43,979 nucleotides of DNA, from contig CAZMBK010000001.1 in assembly GCA_964564315.1 (NCBI GenBank), forward strand, positions 1 to 43,979. The letters run 5' to 3'. Under the pieces are notes generated by a model. The model did no database searches. It was not told the DNA's origin and worked only from the letters and a program-made list of their open reading frames with translations. The translations under genes were made by a program, and so were the position numbers. Below, piece after piece: positions 37,011 through 43,979 of this stretch. Origin of the DNA: an uncultured Sulfurimonas sp. (GTDB lineage Bacteria; Campylobacterota; Campylobacteria; Campylobacterales; Sulfurimonadaceae). Every line of letters starts with the position of its first letter. Positions within the stretch are counted from its first letter, which is position 1.

Positions 37011-38722
37011 TGTTTATAAAATCTCTGCTTATACTTTTTTTACTTTTCTCTTCAAGTATTATATTGGCACAAGAAGATCTCAATGCCACACTGACTTTAG
37101 AGGAGAGAGCATTAGCACAAGAGGAAGTAAAAGCAGCAGAGGCTCAAAAGTTTATAGAAGAGCAAAAGCGTATAGCTTTAGAGAAGCAAAGAGAAGTGCA
37201 GCGTATTCGAAAAGAAAAAATAAAGAGACTTGAAAAAGAATTAAGTATCTTAGAACAGGATATTTCAGATACAAATAGCTGGATAAAAAGCTATGCCTCA
37301 TATCTTACCTCTCTAGAAGTGAGAAGTAATCTCTCTAAAATTAATGAAAGAATAGAGTACTTAACAGAACATGCAAAAACAGTGCAAGAGCATGATGAAC
37401 TCAATGCACTTATTGCAAAAAAAACTATACTTAGCTCACAGATTAATAAACTTAAAGGACAAAATGGTGCTCCTTTTTCAGAGTTAATAACACCACCAAA
37501 TATTGCTGATATAGAGGAAATTAGTAGTCCTTTTGATATCTTTACAGGTTTTTCTGTCATTAAAACACTTAATAGTAATTTTGAAGAGTATAAGTTAAAA
37601 CGTGAAACACTAACAAGACTGATTAAACTTTTGAAAAAAGAGAATCAAATATATGCAAAATTAGTATTTTTAGATAGCAGTGGCAAGTATGAGAAAATAA
37701 AAAAATATAAAGAGGTGCAGTTAGAGCGTTTTAAAACAGCACTTGATACAATAGATGTGACTTTAGATGTCTATCAAAAGCGTTTAGAAATAGTTGAAAT
37801 AAATATTAATAAAGGGATTGAGAAACAGATATATAGAATTATCAAAATAAGTATTGTTATTTTTGTAGTCTTTTTAATCTTTTTTCTATTAAAGTTAGTT
37901 GTAAAAAAATATATTACAGATAATGAACGTTTTTATATGGCAAACAAAATCATTACTTTTACGAATTTTACAGTTATTATTTTAATTCTTTTCTTTAACT
38001 ATATTGAAAATGCTGCTTATCTTGTTACTATTTTGGGGTTCGCATCTGCGGGTATAGCTATTGCCATGAAAGATTGGTTTATGTCCATCCTTGGTTGGCT
38101 TGTTATCGTTATAGGTGGGAGTGTTCATGTTGGGGATAGAATTCGTGTAGATATGGATGGAATGAAGTATGTTGGTGATGTTATGGATATTTCACTGCTA
38201 CGTATGACAATTCTTGAAGATATTACACTCACTTCTATTATGCAAAATCGTAGGGCAGGGCGTATTATATTTGTTCCAAATAATTATGTTTTTACACGTA
38301 TGATTGCTAACTATACACATAACTCTCTGAAAACAGTTTGGGATGGGGTAAAAATTACCATCACTTTTGACTCGAATCATAAAAAAGCAATGCATATTGC
38401 TAAAGAGATTACAAGAAAATTTTCTAAAGGGTATACAGAGATTACAAGAAAGCAGTTAAATAAACTACGCCAGCATTACAGTCTTAAAAATACAAATGTC
38501 GAGCCAAGAATATTTTCATTTATTGCATCAAATGGTATGGATATTGAGGCATGGTATCTTACAAATGCGTATGGTACACTGACATTAAGAAGTGTTATAT
38601 CAACTGAAATCGTAGATGCTTTTAATGCTGCAGATGATATTACAATAGCATACCCTACACAACAGCTACATATCGACATGCAGAGCGATAAACCAGCTGA
38701 TCACAATAATGAGATAGTATAA
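37010..38722 (+). CDS. MscS-family mechanosensitive channel with large periplasmic coiled coil
   Basis: Signal peptide, coiled coil, three TMs (LGFASAGIAIAMKD), VGDRI, FVPN, IAYP. Confidence 0.9.
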   Translation: MFIKSLLILFLLFSSSIILAQEDLNATLTLEERALAQEEVKAAEAQKFIEEQKRIALEKQREVQRIRKEKIKRLEKELSILEQDISDTNSWIKSYASYLTSLEVRSNLSKINERIEYLTEHAKTVQEHDELNALIAKKTILSSQINKLKGQNGAPFSELITPPNIADIEEISSPFDIFTGFSVIKTLNSNFEEYKLKRETLTRLIKLLKKENQIYAKLVFLDSSGKYEKIKKYKEVQLERFKTALDTIDVTLDVYQKRLEIVEININKGIEKQIYRIIKISIVIFVVFLIFFLLKLVVKKYITDNERFYMANKIITFTNFTVIILILFFNYIENAAYLVTILGFASAGIAIAMKDWFMSILGWLVIVIGGSVHVGDRIRVDMDGMKYVGDVMDISLLRMTILEDITLTSIMQNRRAGRIIFVPNNYVFTRMIANYTHNSLKTVWDGVKITITFDSNHKKAMHIAKEITRKFSKGYTEITRKQLNKLRQHYSLKNTNVEPRIFSFIASNGMDIEAWYLTNAYGTLTLRSVISTEIVDAFNAADDITIAYPTQQLHIDMQSDKPADHNNEIV

Positions 38723-39972
38723 TGAAAAAAAAAGTATATTTTAAAACCTTTGGATGTCGTACAAATATTTATGATTCACAAGTAATGATGTCGGCCATGG
38801 ATGAGTATGAAGTGACTGAAAATGAGGCTGAGGCTGATGCTATTGTTATAAACTCTTGTACTGTAACTAATGGTGCAGATACTCATGTACGTTCATATAT
38901 TTCAGGAGTTGAGAAGTCGCTAAGTAAAGCTAAACTTTTTCTTACCGGGTGTGGCGCACATACAAAAGGTGAATCACTTTTAAAAGAGGGTCGAATTCAT
39001 GGTGTGTTTGGGCAGAGTGAAAAAGAGAAGATAGATATACTGCTAAAAAAAGAGCAACCCTTTTATGAGCCAGGTGACTTGAATCATATAGATAAAGTAA
39101 TAGTAGATGATTTTGTTGGAAAGAGTCGTGCATTTATTAAAATACAAGAGGGATGTAATTTCCGTTGTTCTTACTGCATAATTCCCTTTGTGCGTGGTGA
39201 TGCTAGGAGTATGGATGAGGCAAAGATTTTAGAGCAAATTTCTCGTTTAGCACTCAATGGTTTTGGAGAGTTTATACTTACTGGTACAAATGTAGGTTCT
39301 TATGGACAAGAGACAAAGAGTTCTCTAGCTAAGCTAATGAAAAAAATGTCTCAAATTCGTGGTGTAAGAAGAATTCGTTTAGGAAGTGTAGAACCTATTC
39401 AAATCTCAGATGAGTTTAAAGAAATTTTGGATGAGCCTTGGATGGAGAAGCATATGCACATAGCACTGCAACACACATCCCCTACAATGCTTAAACTTAT
39501 GAACCGTAGAAATGTATATAAACAAGATAGAGAACTTTTTGAATTTTTAAGTGAAAAAGGGTATGCCATAGGGACTGACTTTATAACAGGACACCCTGGT
39601 GAGAGTGAAGCTTTATGGCTTGAAGCTATGGAGAATGCAAAGGTGTTACCTCTGACACATCTTCATGCTTTTTCTTACTCTAAACGTGATGGTACCCCAT
39701 CAGCTACAATGAAGCCAGAGGTGAATGGAAAAATAGCGAAACAGAGACTACATGAGATTCAAGACCTTATTAGTATGAAAAATTATGAATTTAGAACTGC
39801 TTATAAAGGAGAGCTTGAAGTACTTATAGAGTCGAAAAAAGATGGATTTTATCATGGCTTTGATCAGCACTTTAATAAAATTATTATAGATTCAAAAGAG
39901 GATCTTATTGGAAACTGGGTGAGTATTTCAGAATATAGTGTGAAAAAGGATGTAAATTATGCCTCTCTCTAA
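38722..39972 (+). CDS. mtaB: tRNA t6A37 methylthiotransferase (radical SAM)
   Basis: TFGCRTN, INSCTVT, TGC, IQEGCNFRCSYC, GHPGE. Confidence 0.9.
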   Translation: MKKKVYFKTFGCRTNIYDSQVMMSAMDEYEVTENEAEADAIVINSCTVTNGADTHVRSYISGVEKSLSKAKLFLTGCGAHTKGESLLKEGRIHGVFGQSEKEKIDILLKKEQPFYEPGDLNHIDKVIVDDFVGKSRAFIKIQEGCNFRCSYCIIPFVRGDARSMDEAKILEQISRLALNGFGEFILTGTNVGSYGQETKSSLAKLMKKMSQIRGVRRIRLGSVEPIQISDEFKEILDEPWMEKHMHIALQHTSPTMLKLMNRRNVYKQDRELFEFLSEKGYAIGTDFITGHPGESEALWLEAMENAKVLPLTHLHAFSYSKRDGTPSATMKPEVNGKIAKQRLHEIQDLISMKNYEFRTAYKGELEVLIESKKDGFYHGFDQHFNKIIIDSKEDLIGNWVSISEYSVKKDVNYASL

Positions 39973-41614
39973 AGGAAATCGCATTGTACTGATCCTCTCA
40001 GCATTTATTATTATTGCATTAGTCCTTTTTGCTATATTAAGGGATAATGCTGATGCTATTACACTTTTTAAAGCAAAACAGCTTTTAGAAAAAGAGCAGG
40101 TGACAAAGGTCATTATTTCAAAAGAGTATGTTTACTTAAAGACAAAAAGTGGTTACTATAAAGTTGCTTCCTCTCAAGTGACACCTAAAATGTTTATTAA
40201 CTATAAAGTAGAAGTAGCAAATAATTCTCAAATTTTAATTTATATTCTTTTTGGTGTTCTTGTCTTAGGGTTTGGTTCTCTTGGTATACATTTTTTACAA
40301 AAAAGAGAACTTTTTTCTTTTAATATGAAGGGAAGTTCGCAACAGCGTGATACTACTCATTCTATGCCTGAAATAGCAAACGTATTAGAATCAATTACAA
40401 GTGATGTAAGTTTTGATGATATCGGCGGTATAAGTGATGTAAAGGTAGAGCTTGAAGAGATTATAGACTTTATGAAAAATCCTAAACGCTATAAAAACTT
40501 TGGGGCACGTATGCCTCGTGGTGTTTTGCTTGTAGGTCCTCCTGGAGTTGGAAAAACCATGATAGCTAAGGCAGTTGCACATGAGGCTGATGTACCATTT
40601 TACTATCAGAGCGGGGCTTCGTTTGTACAGATATATGTAGGTATGGGTGCAAAACGTGTACATGAGCTATTTGCTGCCGCAAAAAAAAATGCTCCGAGTA
40701 TAATATTTATAGATGAAATAGATGCAGTTGGTAAAAAACGTGGTGGTGAGAGAAATGATGAGAGAGAGGGAACACTTAACCAGCTTTTAACAGAGATGGA
40801 TGGCTTTGAGGGCTCGAGTGGGGTAATTGTTGTTGCTGCTACAAACAAGATAGATGTATTAGACTCAGCACTCCTTCGTGCTGGACGTTTTGATAGACGT
40901 ATTTTTGTTGAATTACCTACAAAGAGTGAGAGAGAGTCTATACTAATGAAGTACTTAGAGAAAGTACCCCATGCCTTAGATGTGAAAATAGTAGCAAATA
41001 TGACAGTTGGATTTAATGGGGCTTCTTTAGCCGCTTTAGTAAATGAAGCGGCACTTCTTTCACTCCGACAAAATAACTTTAAAGTAACTATAGAACATTT
41101 TGATCAGGTGAAAGATAAGGTTATGTTTGGAAAGAAAAAGTTACAGATGCTCAATGAAAAGCAAAAAGAGTTTCGTATTAGTTATCAGGCGGCTAAGGTT
41201 GTTGTGGCAACTTACTACGATATTCCATTTGAGAAACTTATGCTTTCAAATGAGCATTTGACACCAGCAACAGATGAGCCTTTTGCAAAACAGGAGTTAG
41301 AGTCAAGAGTGAAGATGCTCCTTGGGGGAACAGTATTTTGTGACATTAAGTTTAATGAACACTCGAGTAGTGTAGCAACTGATTTAGATGAAGCAAAAGA
41401 GATAGTTGCAAATATGTGCCAAAATTATGGAATGGGTTCTTCTCTTCTCCCCGATACACATGAGCAGAAGATTATACTTGAGAGACTTTATAAAGAGTGT
41501 GAATCACTTTTACTCTCTTTAAAAAATATTTTAGAGTTAGTAGAAGAGAGACTTTTTGAGTGTGAAAGTATTACGAAAGAAGATGTGAAAAAGTTGCTTA
41601 GTGATGTTTTATAG
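39959..41614 (+). CDS. FtsH-like membrane AAA+ ATPase lacking the HEXXH protease motif
   Basis: Two TMs; GPPGVGKT, FIDEID, LNQLLTEMDGF, RAGRFDR. SYQAAK sits where AYHEAGH is expected. Confidence 0.88.
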   Translation: MPLSKGNRIVLILSAFIIIALVLFAILRDNADAITLFKAKQLLEKEQVTKVIISKEYVYLKTKSGYYKVASSQVTPKMFINYKVEVANNSQILIYILFGVLVLGFGSLGIHFLQKRELFSFNMKGSSQQRDTTHSMPEIANVLESITSDVSFDDIGGISDVKVELEEIIDFMKNPKRYKNFGARMPRGVLLVGPPGVGKTMIAKAVAHEADVPFYYQSGASFVQIYVGMGAKRVHELFAAAKKNAPSIIFIDEIDAVGKKRGGERNDEREGTLNQLLTEMDGFEGSSGVIVVAATNKIDVLDSALLRAGRFDRRIFVELPTKSERESILMKYLEKVPHALDVKIVANMTVGFNGASLAALVNEAALLSLRQNNFKVTIEHFDQVKDKVMFGKKKLQMLNEKQKEFRISYQAAKVVVATYYDIPFEKLMLSNEHLTPATDEPFAKQELESRVKMLLGGTVFCDIKFNEHSSSVATDLDEAKEIVANMCQNYGMGSSLLPDTHEQKIILERLYKECESLLLSLKNILELVEERLFECESITKEDVKKLLSDVL

Positions 41615-42122
41615 TGGCTTTTCTTTAAAAAATGAAGCATATCTTTTTAAAGATTTTTTAAAAGAGAGTGAGTACTCTATAGGTGGTTTTAGTTATGGTG
41701 CTATTAAAGCGCTACATCATGTTGAAGATGCGTTGTTAAACTGTAGAAGAGTGGATAGCTTACAGCTTTTTTCACCTGCCTTTTTTCAGAATAAAGATGA
41801 AAAATTCCATCGTTTACAGTTAATGGCATATAAGAAAAGTAGTAAAAAATATATGAAACAGTTTATTTTAGCTTGTTTTTCTCCTTACGCTCCAAAAATA
41901 GTAGAGCATATAGAGACAAATGAGAGCGAATTAAAAGAGTTACTAGAGTTTGAGTGGTTTGCTGAAAGACTAAAATATATAAGTTCTAAAGGTGTTGTTA
42001 TAGAAGTATATCTAGGTGAAAAAGATAAGATAATAGATGTAGAAGCAGCAAGAGAGTTTTTCTTAAAAGTAACAACTGTAACATATATAAAAAATGCAAA
42101 TCATTTTTTGCAACTAAATTAG
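41604..42122 (+). CDS. bioV: Pimeloyl-ACP methyl ester esterase BioV
   Basis: GFSL, GFSYGA nucleophile elbow, SPAFFQ, DKIID, ANHFL; position between the ftsH-like gene and mog. Confidence 0.78.
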   Translation: MFYSGFSLKNEAYLFKDFLKESEYSIGGFSYGAIKALHHVEDALLNCRRVDSLQLFSPAFFQNKDEKFHRLQLMAYKKSSKKYMKQFILACFSPYAPKIVEHIETNESELKELLEFEWFAERLKYISSKGVVIEVYLGEKDKIIDVEAAREFFLKVTTVTYIKNANHFLQLN

Positions 42123-42132
42123 GAGAGAGCAG

Positions 42133-42666
42133 ATGAGTGAAATAAAAATAGGTGTAATAACAGCAAGTGATAGAGCGAGTAAAGGGATATATGAAGATAT
42201 AAGTGGTGTAGCAATTCAAGATACAATGAAAGATTATCTTAAAAGTGAGTTTGAGATTGTTTATAGATGTATTCCCGATGAGCAGGATATTCTTGAGGCA
42301 ACAATGAAAGAGCTTTGTGATGATGCTGGGTGTTGTTTAGTCGTTACAACAGGAGGAACAGGTCCTGCACTAAGAGATGTGACACCTGAGGCTACTGAAA
42401 ATGTATGTGAGAAGATGATGCCAGGTTTTGGTGAACTTATGCGTCAGGTGAGCTTACAGTATGTTCCAACGGCTATACTCTCACGTCAAACAGCAGGTAT
42501 AAGAGGAAAATCTTTAATCATTAATCTTCCAGGGAAACCAAAGTCTATTCGAGAGTGTTTAGATGCAGTTTTTCCAGCAGTTCCTTACTGTATAGATCTT
42601 ATAGAAGGTCCTTTTATGGAAGCAAATGAAGATGTTATAAAAGTTTTTAGACCAAAACAGAAATAG
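42133..42666 (+). CDS. mog: Molybdopterin adenylyltransferase
   Basis: TASDRAS, TTGGTGP, DVTPEAT, LSRQTAG, NLPGKPK. Confidence 0.95.
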   Translation: MSEIKIGVITASDRASKGIYEDISGVAIQDTMKDYLKSEFEIVYRCIPDEQDILEATMKELCDDAGCCLVVTTGGTGPALRDVTPEATENVCEKMMPGFGELMRQVSLQYVPTAILSRQTAGIRGKSLIINLPGKPKSIRECLDAVFPAVPYCIDLIEGPFMEANEDVIKVFRPKQK

Positions 42667-42680
42667 TTTTAGTCTAAAAA
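42644..42680. terminator. Hairpin between convergent mog and trpB
   Basis: TTTTTAGACCAAAAC (42644-42658) pairs with GTTTTAGTCTAAAAA (42666-42680); 15 bp with one mismatch. Confidence 0.55.
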
Positions 42681-43886
42681 TTAATCAAAATTGAGTAAGT
42701 CTTTTGCTTGAATCATATCTTTATCACCACGACCACTAAGGTTTACAATGATAAGTTTATCTTTGATATCAGGGAGTTTTTTCAAATAAGCTACTGCATG
42801 AGAAGATTCAAATGCAGGGATAATACCCTCTTGACGTGAGAGCCATACAAAAGCATCGAGTGCTTCTTGATCGGTAATATTTCCATAACTAACACTTTTA
42901 TTATCTTTATGAAAAGCATGTTCTGGTCCTATACCTGGGTAGTCAAGTCCTGCACTAATAGAGTGCGCTTCAAGTATTTGACCATCTTCATCTTGGAGAA
43001 GATAAGACATTTGACCATGAAGAACACCAGGGCGACCTTTTTCTAGAGAACAACCATGTTTATCTGTCTCCACACCATGCCCACCAGCTTCAACACCGAT
43101 ACATTCAACTTCTTCATCTTCTAAGAAGTGCTGAAACATACCAATGGCATTTGAACCTCCACCAATACAAGCAATGATGTGATCTGGTAAACGATTCTCT
43201 TTTTCTAAAATTTGCTGTCGAGCTTCCCAACCGATGATGGCTTGAAAATCTCTTACCATCATAGGGTAGGGGTGTGGTCCAGCAACTGTACCGATGATGT
43301 AAAAAGTATCACGAGCATTTGTTACCCAGTGGCGAATAGCATCGTTCATAGCATCTTTGAGTGTACGGCTTCCAGACTCTACAGAGTTTACTTTTGCACC
43401 CAAAAGTTTCATACGAAATACATTCAGCTCTTGGCGTGCAACATCTTTTGCACCCATAAAGATTTCACACTCTAAACCGAGTAGGGCACAGATTGTAGCT
43501 GTCGCCACACCATGCTGTCCTGCACCAGTCTCAGCGATAATTTTTTTATACCCAAGCCGTTTTGCCATAAGTCCTTGAGCAATTACATTATTTACCTTAT
43601 GCGCTCCTGTATGGTTCAGGTCTTCGCGTTTAAAATAAACTTTTGCACCTAATTCTTTTGAGATATTTGCAGCATAGTAGAGAGGTGAAGGTCGACCTAC
43701 ATAATCTTTGAGATAGTAGTGAACTTCATCCCAAAAATCTTTATCAAAGCGAATCTTATGATACTCTTCTTTTAGTCGAAGAAGTGCAGGCATAAGTGTT
43801 TCAGGGACATAACGTCCACCAAACATACCGAAGTGTCCATTTTCATCTGGATCAAATTGTGAGGGAGAGGGGATGTAGTTGTTCAT
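42681..43886 (-). CDS. trpB: Tryptophan synthase beta chain
   Basis: [56 protein letters not shown]. Confidence 0.98.
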   Translation of the reverse strand: MNNYIPSPSQFDPDENGHFGMFGGRYVPETLMPALLRLKEEYHKIRFDKDFWDEVHYYLKDYVGRPSPLYYAANISKELGAKVYFKREDLNHTGAHKVNNVIAQGLMAKRLGYKKIIAETGAGQHGVATATICALLGLECEIFMGAKDVARQELNVFRMKLLGAKVNSVESGSRTLKDAMNDAIRHWVTNARDTFYIIGTVAGPHPYPMMVRDFQAIIGWEARQQILEKENRLPDHIIACIGGGSNAIGMFQHFLEDEEVECIGVEAGGHGVETDKHGCSLEKGRPGVLHGQMSYLLQDEDGQILEAHSISAGLDYPGIGPEHAFHKDNKSVSYGNITDQEALDAFVWLSRQEGIIPAFESSHAVAYLKKLPDIKDKLIIVNLSGRGDKDMIQAKDLLNFD

Positions 43887-43887
43887 A

Positions 43888-43977
43888 TTAATTAACCTCT
43901 ATAAGTGAATATACTTTAGTCTTTTCTTCTAACTTTTTAATACCATCTAAAAATGTAAGACCTATAATGAAACAGCA
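43888..43977 (-). CDS. apt: Adenine phosphoribosyltransferase C-terminus (partial, runs off window)
   Basis: The minus strand reads [29 protein letters not shown], resembling the APRT C-terminal pattern; it ends 1 nt before the trpB ATG. Confidence 0.6.
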   Translation of the reverse strand, partial: CCFIIGLTFLDGIKKLEEKTKVYSLIEVN

Positions 43978-43979
43978 CT

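Noticed and set aside
39959-41614. ftsH pseudogene
   Set aside because: The ORF is intact, with complete Walker A/B and arginine-finger motifs, and is tightly coupled to its neighbours.
2092-43578. Numerous 60-143 aa antisense or shadow ORFs in the ORF track (e.g. 4214-4555, 15225-15551, 32165-32596, 40391-40663)
   Set aside because: They lie opposite well-supported genes and show no recognisable motifs, as expected for antisense frames.
1-43979. CRISPR arrays, tRNA/rRNA, riboswitches, IS or prophage genes
   Set aside because: Intergenic gaps are at most about 200 nt and AT-rich. I saw no spaced direct repeats, cloverleafs, transposases or integrases by eye; an Infernal/Rfam scan would be needed to exclude small RNAs.

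Overview
AT-rich chromosomal window from a Campylobacterota (Epsilonproteobacteria) genome, most like Sulfurimonas/Sulfurovum by gene order and protein style; the taxon is my inference. The housekeeping backbone is glyS; truA-lptF-prepilin peptidase-uppS-coaBC; glmU; motA-motB-fliP-trmA; aroB-mscS-mtaB-ftsH-like-bioV-mog; trpB; and a partial apt. Three accessory elements sit within it. (1) A translationally coupled operon encodes a secreted SH3 + 7-bladed beta-propeller protein, a PAS-HisKA-HATPase-REC-HPt kinase, a REC-GGDEF protein, a DegP-like protease and an MnmC-like oxidoreductase. (2) The best candidate for an uncharacterised system is an operon with an exported 8-helix 'TPxDV' repeat protein, a Cache/5xHAMP/GAF hybrid kinase with a Glu/Gln heptad coiled coil, a STAS-like-CheB-CheR triple fusion, a REC-PAS-GGDEF cyclase and a REC-PAS-HD-GYP phosphodiesterase. 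It has no MCP, CheA or CheW, which suggests methylation-based adaptation of a histidine kinase controlling c-di-GMP. (3) A ~1000-aa acidic lipoprotein gene lies in reverse orientation between glmU and coaBC. I saw no rRNA, tRNA, CRISPR, IS or phage genes. All domain calls come from motif recognition by eye, not from database searches.
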